DNA of 64,000 bases from Bacteroidia bacterium (GTDB lineage Bacteria > Bacteroidota > Bacteroidia > SpSt-205): positions 99 through 64,098 of the forward strand of contig JANWXY010000043.1 of NCBI GenBank assembly GCA_025057135.1. Reading direction: 5' to 3'. The position numbers and the translations under genes are program-made. Every line of letters begins with the position of its first letter. The first letter of the stretch is position 1. The notes under the pieces were generated by a model. That model saw only the letters and a list, made by a program, of their open reading frames with translations. It was not told where the DNA came from and searched no databases. Shown one piece after another: positions 38,208 to 47,472 of the stretch.

Positions 38208-39422
38208 ATGGCGACTGCATTGATTGAATGGGCGAAAAAACAGCTGCAAGAGATTGAAGCCTCAGGCTTGTACAAGCATGAGCGCCTCATAGATTCGGCA
38301 CAAGGTGTAGAAATCACTTTGAAGGACGGGCGAAAAGTCATCAACTTTTGTGCTAATAACTACTTAGGTTTGGCGGCCCACCCCAGAGTAGTGGCTGCGG
38401 CTCGTGCAGCTCTGGATCGATGGGGCTATGGAATGGCTTCGGTGCGGTTCATCTGTGGTACGCAGAGCATACATAAGGAGTTAGAGCAAGCTATTGCCGA
38501 CTTCCTTCACTGCGAGGATAGTATCCTATATGCTGCTTGCTTTGATGCGAATGGTGGGGTTTTTGAGCCATTCTTCGGGCCTGAGGATGCGATTATTTCC
38601 GATGAGCTCAATCATGCCAGTTTGATAGACGGGATTCGCTTGACCAAAGCCCGACGATTTGTGTATAAACATTTAGACCTTGCGGATTTAGAAGCGAAGT
38701 TAGCAGAAGCACAGTCAGCTCGGTTTCGTGTGGTAGTTACAGACGGGGTTTTTTCCATGGACGGCGACTATGCACCCTTAGATAAGATTTTGGAGCTCAC
38801 CCAGCGCTATGATGCGCTTTTGCTTGTAGATGATTCCCATGCGACGGGATTCGTCGGGGCGACGGGGCGGGGCACACCAGAAAAGTTTGGCATTATGGGG
38901 GCGCCCAATCTACTGCTCACGGGCACACTTGGAAAAGCTCTGGGGGGAGCTATGGGAGGGTATGTGGCAGGGCCTGCGCCTTTGATTACTCTGCTGCGTC
39001 AGCGCTCTCGTCCCTATCTTTTCTCCAACTCTCTCAGTCCAGTGGTCGTCGCTACAACGAGGGAAATTTTCTCCTGGCTGTCAGAGACGACGGAACTACG
39101 AGATCGTCTCGCCGCCAATACCCAGCGTTTTCGTCAGGGTATGTCGGAGGTGGGTTTTGATATTCGCCCTGGGGATCATCCGATTGTGCCGATTATGCTA
39201 TATGATGCGGTTTTAGCTCATAAAATGGCAGATGCTCTACTACAAGAAGGCATTTATGTCATAGGCTTTTCGTATCCTGTAGTACCGCGAGGGCAAGCCC
39301 GAATTCGGGTACAGCTCAGCGCTGCACATACGACTGAGCACATAGACTATGCCATTAAGGCTTTCGCTAAGGTGGGACAGGATTTGGGGATCATATCCTC
39401 TGCTGCTTCGCCCGTGAGGTGA
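38208..39422 (+). CDS. kbl: Glycine C-acetyltransferase (2-amino-3-ketobutyrate CoA ligase)
   Basis: It has the motifs FCANNYLGL, SDELNHASLIDG, FSMDGD and VDDSHATGF. The PLP-lysine motif is GTLGKALGGAMGGY. Confidence 0.9.
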   Translation: MATALIEWAKKQLQEIEASGLYKHERLIDSAQGVEITLKDGRKVINFCANNYLGLAAHPRVVAAARAALDRWGYGMASVRFICGTQSIHKELEQAIADFLHCEDSILYAACFDANGGVFEPFFGPEDAIISDELNHASLIDGIRLTKARRFVYKHLDLADLEAKLAEAQSARFRVVVTDGVFSMDGDYAPLDKILELTQRYDALLLVDDSHATGFVGATGRGTPEKFGIMGAPNLLLTGTLGKALGGAMGGYVAGPAPLITLLRQRSRPYLFSNSLSPVVVATTREIFSWLSETTELRDRLAANTQRFRQGMSEVGFDIRPGDHPIVPIMLYDAVLAHKMADALLQEGIYVIGFSYPVVPRGQARIRVQLSAAHTTEHIDYAIKAFAKVGQDLGIISSAASPVR

Positions 39423-39451
39423 AGCTGTCTAAAAATCTGGTACGCAAGAGT

Positions 39452-39459
39452 TACCTTTG
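39452..39459 (+). promoter_or_regulatory. -7 box TACCTTTG, 5 nt upstream of the 53-aa micro-ORF
   Basis: It matches exactly. Confidence 0.5.
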
Positions 39460-39464
39460 CACCC

Positions 39465-39626
39465 ATGGCTCGCAAACCTGATAAACGCGTCTATGTGCGA
39501 CGCAACCGAGTGAGACGAAAACTTCAACTGCGACGCGCTCAGGCGCCCATCACGAAACGAAGTTCAAATGCCCTCCAAGAAACAAATCTCCGTCTCCTTG
39601 CAGAGTTAGAGCGGCAGTTAGGATGA
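39465..39626 (+). CDS. 53-aa basic micro-protein of unknown function (not in ORF track)
   Basis: I translated it by hand as MARKPDKRVYVRRNRVRRKLQLRRAQAPITKRSSNALQETNLRLLAELERQLG. A TACCTTTG box lies 5 nt upstream of the ATG. Its stop overlaps the next gene's start (ATGA). Confidence 0.45.
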   Translation: MARKPDKRVYVRRNRVRRKLQLRRAQAPITKRSSNALQETNLRLLAELERQLG

Positions 39627-40558
39627 GGGGGCCGCTTCGTTTGGGGATAGTCGGCGTGGGGTATATGGGGCGCTTTCACCTCCAGAAGGCGCTGAGCAAT
39701 CCCGCCATATCAGTATCTGCTCTGTATGATACCACGCCCTCAGTCGTAGAGACCCTCCGATCGGAGGGTCTCCCCATTGCGCGCTCGTATGAAGAACTCT
39801 TGGAGAGGGTAGATGCGGTGATTATTTCCTCTCCCACAATGTATCATGCTGAGCATGCGGAGCTTGCCATCCGAGCTCAAAAGCATGTTTTGATAGAAAA
39901 GCCGGTCACTCTTACTTTGCAAGATTTAGAACGGCTCATCGCTCTTAAGGAAGAGGCCGGAGTTGTCGCTCTGGCAGGTCATGTTGAGCGGTTTAACCCT
40001 GCTTTTCAGGCTCTACTGCCACATAGATCGGCGTTTTCGCTCTTTCATTTTGAACGCATAGCCCCATGGACGCCGCGGGGAAGTGATGCCTCAGTGGTCA
40101 TGGATTTGCTTATTCACGATTTGGACCTTTTCTGGGCGCTTACAGAGGGGCATGCTTCTAGTATTTGCGCCTCAGCGTACAAAACTCGTACTACACAAGC
40201 GGATACACTGCAAGTCTGGATAGAACTCATAGATGGTCGTTCAGCAACTTTTACCATAAGTCGGACCGCTCCCTACAAGAAGCGACGGATTTTGGCTCAT
40301 GGTACGACTCTCTGGGCTGAAGCAGACCTCCTGCAAAAGCAGCTCTCTTTATGGCACATATCTGCTGATGAGGAGCCTGAACCCTTATCCGTAAATATCG
40401 CTCAAATAGATGCTCTCGCCGCTGAACAGGAACACTTTTTGCAGCATATTTTGACTAATACACCTTCTACTCTCTCGTTGGAGCATGTTTATTCGGTCAT
40501 GGCATGGGCTCAGCAGGTGGAAACTCTGGTGGGTACTCGGCTTGTATTTACTCGGTAG
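39623..40558 (+). CDS. Gfo/Idh/MocA family NAD(P)-dependent oxidoreductase
   Basis: It has the N-terminal motif LRLGIVGVGYMGRFH and the EKP motif (VLIEKPV). Confidence 0.8.
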   Translation: MRGPLRLGIVGVGYMGRFHLQKALSNPAISVSALYDTTPSVVETLRSEGLPIARSYEELLERVDAVIISSPTMYHAEHAELAIRAQKHVLIEKPVTLTLQDLERLIALKEEAGVVALAGHVERFNPAFQALLPHRSAFSLFHFERIAPWTPRGSDASVVMDLLIHDLDLFWALTEGHASSICASAYKTRTTQADTLQVWIELIDGRSATFTISRTAPYKKRRILAHGTTLWAEADLLQKQLSLWHISADEEPEPLSVNIAQIDALAAEQEHFLQHILTNTPSTLSLEHVYSVMAWAQQVETLVGTRLVFTR

Positions 40559-41372
40559 CTGCCGCCCGCAGAAGGCTTTGTCGCCGGCTTTTCTAAGTTT
40601 TGGCAGTGCACGGGTAATCATAGAAAACGATACCGTACTCATACAACCTCCGTTAGATGTTTGGGTGTATCCACAGGGTAAGTATCTCACTATGACAGAA
40701 GCAGGCGGACGTGTGCCGATAGTTCCAGCGGAGACCGCACCTATTCTTTTAGCTGGGGGTGTCCGTGTGAATGGTATATCTGCGACCAGAAAGCCATATC
40801 CTTTCTGGATGTTTGACACGCTCAGAGAACCTCTCAGACCTGAAACCGAATTCTTTTATACTCCTCTCTATCGCTATTTAGCAGATACACTCCTGAGATA
40901 TTTAGTCAGAGAGGACTTTGAAAGTCCGCAAGTAGGCTTCCGAAGCACAAATTTGGGAGAGAATGGAGCGGTGCAGTTACGCCGCACTTTTTCGGGGCCT
41001 CGTCGCGGTTTCTGGGCTGGAGAAGTTAGTCTGCCGCCGAATGCGGACTTCCGTGTGGAGAGTACCAGTTCTTTTGAGTTTCCTCAGGCAGAGATATGGG
41101 CAGAAATTGCCCTCAAAGGTAGCCGCAATCTTGGCGTCGGTATCACCCGAGAAGATAAACAAACTGGGCGCCTTATTAGCCGGGAAATTTTTCTTCTCCT
41201 GCGCCCCCCAGATGAGGGATGGGGGACATTTTTTATAGACCTCACCCCCTGGGTGTCTCAGGGAGCAGGATTATATAGATACAGGCTTTATCTCACAAGT
41301 GCTGGCGATACCACTGGAATGCATCAGCTTTATTTGGATGATATTCGCATCATAACGCTCAAAACTTCATGA
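40485..41372 (+). CDS. Hypothetical lipoprotein
   Basis: Its signal peptide has a lipobox (LYLLGSC). It overlaps the upstream gene by 74 nt and the downstream gene by ATGA. I recognise no family. Confidence 0.5.
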   Translation: MFIRSWHGLSRWKLWWVLGLYLLGSCRPQKALSPAFLSFGSARVIIENDTVLIQPPLDVWVYPQGKYLTMTEAGGRVPIVPAETAPILLAGGVRVNGISATRKPYPFWMFDTLREPLRPETEFFYTPLYRYLADTLLRYLVREDFESPQVGFRSTNLGENGAVQLRRTFSGPRRGFWAGEVSLPPNADFRVESTSSFEFPQAEIWAEIALKGSRNLGVGITREDKQTGRLISREIFLLLRPPDEGWGTFFIDLTPWVSQGAGLYRYRLYLTSAGDTTGMHQLYLDDIRIITLKTS

Positions 41373-42772
41373 GACGGCAGCTTATAGGGCTCTTTTTTGG
41401 GGGCATAGATTTTATCCTCGGGTATGGCGGGTGGGTATTATTCTATCTTGTACGTCGGTTTTACCTCTACGCATTCAATTCGCATCATGGCACCTTATGG
41501 GAGTATCTCTGGGCGCCGGTCATTGTAGGAGCATATTGGACGCTCATATATGCTCTGAGTGGAAGCTACAAGGACCCCATTCGTCAGTCTATATTACGCG
41601 AGCTCCTCAATAGAGCCTGGCTCACGATACTTGGCAGTTTGGCTTTGTTCTTTTTAGCATTTTTAGACGATCCCATACCGAACTACAGGATGTATAGAAT
41701 AACCCTGATTCTTTACATAGCCCTCCAAGCAAGTCTTAGCTGGCTTGCTCTTGGAATCTTGCGGTTAGGAGTGATTAGGCTGCTGCGTAGGCATTTATTT
41801 CGGTTTCCCACAATTATTATCGGTGGGGGAGAAAAAGCGAATTCAGTCCTTCAGGAGCTGCGGAAGCATGGCGAATCGCTCGGATATGATGTGATAGGGT
41901 ATGTATCCATAGACTCAGAGCCAGACGATTTGCTGCGGGGCAAACTTCGCCACCTGGGTAGGCTATCGGAATTAGAGAAAGTAGCTGTGCGTCGGGGAGC
42001 TCATCACGTCATCGTGGCTGCGGAGCGCTCAGATGAAAGAACCCTTCAGACTGTGCTCTCTCATATCAACGGTCTATCCGTAGAAGTTCATTTAGTCCCG
42101 GCTCTCCAAGATGTCTTAGGAGGGGGGGTACGACTGGGAAGTCCGTTGGACATTCCTTGGGTAACTATTACCCCGCCGCCCCCTTCACCATGGTATGAAC
42201 TCGTCAAGCGTCTCATGGACATCTTTCTCTCTGTCATAGCACTTGTTTTATTAGCCCCACTCATGGGCATCATAGCGATAATGGTGCGTTTATCTTCTCC
42301 TGGGCCGATAATCTTTCGTCAAGAGCGCGTTGGGAAAAATGGGCGTCCTTTTACCATATATAAGTTTCGCACAATGTACGTAGATGCCGAGAAGCATGGT
42401 CCAGCTCTCAGCCGAGAAGGTGATCCACGGATCACACCCATCGGACGCTGGCTGAGGAAGACTCGTTTAGATGAACTTCCGCAGTTTTGGAATGTATTGA
42501 GGGGCGATATGAGTTTAGTCGGTCCTCGTCCAGAGCGACAGTTTTTCATAGATCAGATCGTCCGAAGAGCTCCTGAATACAAGCAGCTTCTCAAAACCCG
42601 TCCAGGTATCACCAGTCTCGGAATGGTGAAGTACGGCTACGCCTCCTCCGTAGAGGAGATGATAGAGCGTATGCGGTATGACCTTATCTATATGGCGAAC
42701 CGCTCTTTGCTACTGGATATCAAAATCCTGCTATACACGGTACTGCGAGTACTCCAAGCTCGCGGAAAGTGA
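41369..42772 (+). CDS. Polyprenyl-phosphate hexose-1-phosphate transferase (WbaP / exopolysaccharide priming glycosylphosphotransferase family)
   Basis: It has N-terminal TM segments and the C-terminal bacterial sugar transferase motifs PGPIIFRQERVGKNGRPFTIYKFRTM and DELPQFWNVLRGDMSLVGPRPE. Confidence 0.9.
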   Translation: MRRQLIGLFFGGIDFILGYGGWVLFYLVRRFYLYAFNSHHGTLWEYLWAPVIVGAYWTLIYALSGSYKDPIRQSILRELLNRAWLTILGSLALFFLAFLDDPIPNYRMYRITLILYIALQASLSWLALGILRLGVIRLLRRHLFRFPTIIIGGGEKANSVLQELRKHGESLGYDVIGYVSIDSEPDDLLRGKLRHLGRLSELEKVAVRRGAHHVIVAAERSDERTLQTVLSHINGLSVEVHLVPALQDVLGGGVRLGSPLDIPWVTITPPPPSPWYELVKRLMDIFLSVIALVLLAPLMGIIAIMVRLSSPGPIIFRQERVGKNGRPFTIYKFRTMYVDAEKHGPALSREGDPRITPIGRWLRKTRLDELPQFWNVLRGDMSLVGPRPERQFFIDQIVRRAPEYKQLLKTRPGITSLGMVKYGYASSVEEMIERMRYDLIYMANRSLLLDIKILLYTVLRVLQARGK

Positions 42773-42780
42773 TACTTTTG
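42773..42780 (+). promoter_or_regulatory. -7 box TACTTTTG, 4 nt upstream of rpmE2 ATG
   Basis: It matches exactly, with spacer CGGC, and it starts 1 nt after the stop codon of the upstream gene. Confidence 0.55.
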
Positions 42781-42784
42781 CGGC

Positions 42785-43033
42785 ATGAAGAAAGAAGGGC
42801 ATCCGGAATATCGCTTCGTCGTTTTCAAAGATACCTCCACAGACTTCGCGTTTTTGACGCGCTCTACGGTTCGTACCAAGGAAACCATTATCTGGCAGGA
42901 TGGGAAAGAATATCCCTTAGTCAAAATGGAGATATCCAGCGCGTCGCATCCATTTTTCACGGGTAAGCAAAAGTTTGTAGATACGGCTCGGCGCGTGGAT
43001 AAGTTTATGGCACGCTATGGAAAGAAAAAGTAG
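42785..43033 (+). CDS. rpmE2: 50S ribosomal protein L31, type B (non-zinc form)
   Basis: It has MKKEGHPEY.. and ..[24 protein letters not shown] and lacks the CxxC motif. The length is 82 aa. Confidence 0.9.
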   Translation: MKKEGHPEYRFVVFKDTSTDFAFLTRSTVRTKETIIWQDGKEYPLVKMEISSASHPFFTGKQKFVDTARRVDKFMARYGKKK

Positions 43034-43192
43034 CGCTAAACCGAGACTCCATAAACTCCCTACACTATAACTATCCTCCTCTATCCGGTGATAGGGGATC
43101 TACCTGTGGCAGTGTAAGCTATGCCCATGTGTTGAGAAACTGACGATAGCGAAGAGGGTAGTGTAAGGTTACAGGTTACTCAAAAATCAAAA

Positions 43193-43235
43193 CTGCGGCT
43201 CAGCGTGATAAGCCGAGCCGCAGTGATTTTCTTTT
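43193..43235. terminator. Bidirectional terminator between rpmE2 (+) and the T9SS cargo operon (-)
   Basis: It is a perfect 9-bp stem (CTGCGGCTC / GAGCCGCAG) with a 13-nt loop. It is flanked by TGATTTTCTTTT on the + strand and TTTTGATTTTT on the - strand. Confidence 0.75.
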
Positions 43236-43247
43236 GAGTTTATGCTT

Positions 43248-45374
43248 CTATAGGCGCACGATGCGGACTACTGTCTGTTTCGTCCCTGTCTCTACTTTTA
43301 GGAGGTAAATTCCAGCCGGGAGGGAGGCAAGGTTCCATTCATATGATCCAGCAAATGTAGTCTCTGCTATGCGCTGTCCGTGTAGATTATATAAGCTGAC
43401 ATGAACTTCGTCGGCATCGGTGCTGCGCAAGTATAGAGTACCTGTCGTAGGATTAGGACCTAACCAGAGCCCTTTGCCTGATTCTTGGGCGATGCTGGTC
43501 GTAGAACTTGAACAGGAGGTTTTGACAATATTGAAAAAGTCGGCGTTGGTTCGGGGGAGGAGTTTGATGTTATTCCACTGATAGGTGAAAATACCTTGTA
43601 TGCTGTCTAAGAGCGTGGTGTCCCGTACGATGCACAAAGGAAGGCTTGGATCAATCAGCCCATCTGTGGTAGCCCAGAGGCTATCATTCACATAGGAAAC
43701 TTTGAGGGAGGAGAAGATATTACTGGTCTGACGCCCCGCCAGCACTCGGATGCCCTCCAAAGGAGCGGATGAGTTCATTCCCACCCGATAGTCGCCCAGC
43801 TGAGAATAGAAGGTCGTATTGACTTTGGGTTGAACGACTCGGAGCGGCTGAGAGATATTATCATGGCGGAAGCGTATCAACATGCTTTCGTAGGGCTCTG
43901 TGGCAGCGTACTGGGTATCGCCATAGACTGTATTGAGAGAGAGCACAATAGGTTGTATTAGAGATGAAGCAGGACCGATACGAGTTACGTTCGCGTCGCG
44001 AAGGCTGGTCAGACCGAAGTATTCATCCACCGTAGCATTAGTAACTACGACGCTATCTCCGATTTGAATGTTCGGCAAGGCACTGGCAGAACGCACCCAT
44101 ATTCCTGCCCAAGCTGAAGCTCCAGGCTGTTGAATGTGAATATAGCCAAGGTCATTTTCAGAGGATGTTACAACCCCTCGCACATTAGTTACGCTCAATC
44201 CTGCGTAGCCACTACTCAGGTAGTCACGTCGTGCTGATGGGTTGTAAGCATATAGTACTGAGGGAATGACATATTGAATGTCTGTAATCTCGCAGCCGGC
44301 ATCATTGACCCGATAGCTCTGCGGTTGGAAGCGAGGGAACTGCACGATGTCCCCGCTCTGGTCCTTCACTTTCACATAGTAATGTATATAGGTACCTTGA
44401 CTGTGCGGAGGTATGGTAGCTTCATACGTAGAGGTAGAGGGGACCTGAGTCATCGTGATAGAGTCGTAGTTTGTGCTCGTGCCAATCGCCCAGTACAGCT
44501 TCACTTGCGTCACGGGGTCTGAGGTGGAGCCTGTCGCATCCACTTGAACCTTCACAGATGCGGTAGAGCTCGGACAGACAGGCGTGCGCCGCAAGTTGGA
44601 AACAGTCGGCACAGGATCACCGACATACATGAGACTGTCATGCCAAGGGCATATCTCGTACATCGGCGTACCGCTGGCAGGGCGGAAGTGTATCACAATA
44701 CCTTTTACGGAGTCAAGGTAAGTATTCACAGGGTATAGATTAGATAAACCTTTGAACTCACCGAAGATGAGGCCTTGATTTCCATTGGCATCTACGACGG
44801 TGATGCGGAGAGGATTGGTCTGGACATTCGTGACAGTCAGTCCTTTGACTAAGACAAAGCTTCCTTGCCGCACTTCCCCGCTGTCTAAGTCCTGTGAGCC
44901 GTTAGGGAAATTCAGGCTGCGCAGGGTAATCTCCACGGGGCGTGGAATAGGCACACCAATCGCAAGGATTAGCGGTGACACAGTTGTATCCACATTGAGT
45001 TGAGTTTCTCCCTGAAAATAACCAACGGTACCTTGGAGCTCTACATATTGACCAGGGGATAAGGCAGTAAAGCCCGGAGGCATGTCTGTGACATTCTGAC
45101 GCCGTATTTGGAGACCTCGATAAGGTGGCAGGGTGTCTATGAGCCAAATACTACAGCGCTTACTGTTGGACCCGCCACTGACGCCGTAGTGTCTATGCCA
45201 TTCACATTTCGTGATGACAAGGCCGCGCACCCGGACCACTTGTCCATGCAGGACAGAGGTGTCGTTTCCTGCGGCGAGGTTTTTCGGCGTTTGGATTTCA
45301 CTGATAGTTTTTAGAGGGGGTTGAGCCCAGAGCCCACCCCATACCAAACCCAAGACTATTATTCGCGTTCTCAT
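43248..45374 (-). CDS. Secreted T9SS cargo protein, two tandem ~230-aa modules plus C-terminal type-A sorting domain, function unknown
   Basis: The signal peptide ends GLWAQ. Two modules start ISEIQ.. and ITDIQ... The C-terminal segment is GPNPTTGTLYL..VSLYNLHGQRI..LPAGIYLLKV..VVRIVRL. Confidence 0.7.
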   Translation of the reverse strand: MRTRIIVLGLVWGGLWAQPPLKTISEIQTPKNLAAGNDTSVLHGQVVRVRGLVITKCEWHRHYGVSGGSNSKRCSIWLIDTLPPYRGLQIRRQNVTDMPPGFTALSPGQYVELQGTVGYFQGETQLNVDTTVSPLILAIGVPIPRPVEITLRSLNFPNGSQDLDSGEVRQGSFVLVKGLTVTNVQTNPLRITVVDANGNQGLIFGEFKGLSNLYPVNTYLDSVKGIVIHFRPASGTPMYEICPWHDSLMYVGDPVPTVSNLRRTPVCPSSTASVKVQVDATGSTSDPVTQVKLYWAIGTSTNYDSITMTQVPSTSTYEATIPPHSQGTYIHYYVKVKDQSGDIVQFPRFQPQSYRVNDAGCEITDIQYVIPSVLYAYNPSARRDYLSSGYAGLSVTNVRGVVTSSENDLGYIHIQQPGASAWAGIWVRSASALPNIQIGDSVVVTNATVDEYFGLTSLRDANVTRIGPASSLIQPIVLSLNTVYGDTQYAATEPYESMLIRFRHDNISQPLRVVQPKVNTTFYSQLGDYRVGMNSSAPLEGIRVLAGRQTSNIFSSLKVSYVNDSLWATTDGLIDPSLPLCIVRDTTLLDSIQGIFTYQWNNIKLLPRTNADFFNIVKTSCSSSTTSIAQESGKGLWLGPNPTTGTLYLRSTDADEVHVSLYNLHGQRIAETTFAGSYEWNLASLPAGIYLLKVETGTKQTVVRIVRL

Positions 45375-45378
45375 AAGG

Positions 45379-47466
45379 CTATCGGATGATGACGAATTTA
45401 CCTGTCCGTATTTCGTTTGTATCCAGGTCCTTTACAGCAAAGACATAAAGTCCTCTGGCGATAATCTGCCCAGACTGCGAGAGGAGATTCCAACCGTGTT
45501 CTCCTCCGCTTGTCAGGATTTGCTTAGGGTCGCTGTATGTCTCGTACCAGCGGCTGCTGCGCGTCTGGGCCGTAGGATCATTTTCGTGATGCTCAAAGCG
45601 ATAGACTAAATCTCCTGCCACAGTGTAGATAGATACCTCACAGTGAGGAGGTAAGTTGGCAAACATTATGCGTTTGTCTTCATGAGCTTGAGAAGCCCCT
45701 TCCCAAGCGGCTCGTTCGTAGTAGGGGTTAGGGTAGACGTAAGGGTCTCCGTAGGCAAAGCCGCGATTAGGAGGAGCACCAGCAAAGATGCGCCGTAGCG
45801 TAGCTTCCTTGCTGCTTTCCAGAGATTCTAAGTTTCTGTCGGCGTCTCCTTCATCAAAAGCGGTCAGTGCGATTGCGTGCTGCCATCCATTGGTCACACC
45901 CTTGATTTCATACATGTATATATAAGGCGTGGGGTCGCCAGGAAAATACTTGGGGTCAGCGAGCCGTATGGCTCTGAAACCGTTATCATAGCCGATGCCA
46001 TTGTTCGGTTTGTCAAATTGGGCGATCAGCTTGAGCTCTTTCAGGACATCTACCACTTCTTTTACATCAAAGCCTAAGGTGGTTTTGTAAATCCGATACC
46101 CTTCAAAATCCCTTCGTCGGGTGATGGGGTCTATACTTTCTTCGGCGGAGGCGTCCCAGTATAGTCGGATGAGGTTTGGCTCAATCTCGTAGCGGATACG
46201 AGGGAGATTAGGCGGGCTGGGCAAAAGGAAACGAGTCAAGCGTCCATCCCCATTTAGGTCTTCTCCGGCATCTAAGACTCCGTTGAAGTTGGCATCTTCT
46301 CCATCGTATGCCGACTGCGCCCAGCGAGCATGCCGAATGAATTCTTCCTTCTGCTGGGGGGTATCGGCAGAGTTTGGATTTCCATCAGGAGTTTTGCGAG
46401 CAAATACGAAGGCAAAGGCTACCTTGACGCTGTCACCGGGCCGTACATTCAGAAACGGTCCGGCTGATACCATAATGGAGCGGTTGCCGGCAATCCGGAG
46501 CGCAGGAACGACCAGCGTAGCCCAATCTCCTCGTTCTGTCAGAGATTGAGACATTTTTAGCCAGCGATCCGCATCTGTCTGAGGGGAGCGAAACTGCCCC
46601 GTGTAATCCCGAAATGTCCAGCTCTGGAAATTTGTCTCAAAGCCGCTCGGAGGGAGGGGACGGCGCGCTGGATGCAAAAACTCTCCCTTGTATTCGCTGC
46701 CAAGAAACTTGAGACCAAAGTAAGTATCAGTGAAGCCCGGATTGCCCGAGACATCAAACTCATACGCCATGAAGAGCGAGTCTATGTAGCCATTTCCGCC
46801 TTTGTTGTAAAACTGGGTTCCACCTGACCCCGCAGGCGTAATCGTAGTGTTGCGAATCACAGGGTCTACCCAGTAGCCGATATACAGAGAATCCCAAGTA
46901 TCAAAGCTGGCATTTTTGATGGTGAAGTTGTAAAGTAGAAAAAAGTTTGCGAAAGTGTAGTTCCAGTTGTAGGCCTCAAAATGGACATCGGCGCCAAGCG
47001 GGCCGTTTTCTATGTTCTGAATGGGTATTTGAGTGCCGGGAACTATGGTATATCGGTCAGTGAAATCTGCCACAAAATCCTGATGAGACACGGCATAAGA
47101 GCTATAGGTTGGTAGTTCAGGAAGCGAACTTCGCTCCGCAAGGGTAGCCCCAGGTTCGGCGGAAAACTCAAAGCCGGCTTTTCCTGTTACATAACCGGAG
47201 GGATCATCCACAGCACCAGTAGAAACGATGATGGTATTACCTCTCTTGGCACCTATCCATAAGCCCCCTTCAAAGAGATGTTCAATGCCGGAGCCCTTAG
47301 GATATTCAGCCGATTTGAAGCCTTGGACGAGGTAGCTGCCTTTAAAGCTATTGCCTATCATGCCCAAGTTATTGACCGTGACGCGAAAGTTCCCCAAGCT
47401 GGCCTGCTTCTCTACAAAGCTTGCCTGAGCCCAGAGGAGACAGAGAGTTCCAAACCAACCCTTCAC
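45379..47466 (-). CDS. Secreted T9SS cargo protein with Asp/Asn/Gly calcium-loop-like insert and FlgD-Ig/T9SS-like C-terminal domain, function unknown
   Basis: The signal peptide is (M)KGWFGTLCLLWAQA. It has a DANFNGVLDAGEDLNGDGRLT loop. The C-terminal segment is VYPNPYY..EVSIYTVAGDLV..ARGLYVFAV..KFVIIR. The start is moved to GTG 47466, because the ORF-track TTG is part of a TATCTTTG box. Confidence 0.65.
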   Translation of the reverse strand: MKGWFGTLCLLWAQASFVEKQASLGNFRVTVNNLGMIGNSFKGSYLVQGFKSAEYPKGSGIEHLFEGGLWIGAKRGNTIIVSTGAVDDPSGYVTGKAGFEFSAEPGATLAERSSLPELPTYSSYAVSHQDFVADFTDRYTIVPGTQIPIQNIENGPLGADVHFEAYNWNYTFANFFLLYNFTIKNASFDTWDSLYIGYWVDPVIRNTTITPAGSGGTQFYNKGGNGYIDSLFMAYEFDVSGNPGFTDTYFGLKFLGSEYKGEFLHPARRPLPPSGFETNFQSWTFRDYTGQFRSPQTDADRWLKMSQSLTERGDWATLVVPALRIAGNRSIMVSAGPFLNVRPGDSVKVAFAFVFARKTPDGNPNSADTPQQKEEFIRHARWAQSAYDGEDANFNGVLDAGEDLNGDGRLTRFLLPSPPNLPRIRYEIEPNLIRLYWDASAEESIDPITRRRDFEGYRIYKTTLGFDVKEVVDVLKELKLIAQFDKPNNGIGYDNGFRAIRLADPKYFPGDPTPYIYMYEIKGVTNGWQHAIALTAFDEGDADRNLESLESSKEATLRRIFAGAPPNRGFAYGDPYVYPNPYYERAAWEGASQAHEDKRIMFANLPPHCEVSIYTVAGDLVYRFEHHENDPTAQTRSSRWYETYSDPKQILTSGGEHGWNLLSQSGQIIARGLYVFAVKDLDTNEIRTGKFVIIR

Positions 47467-47472
47467 CAGTTG

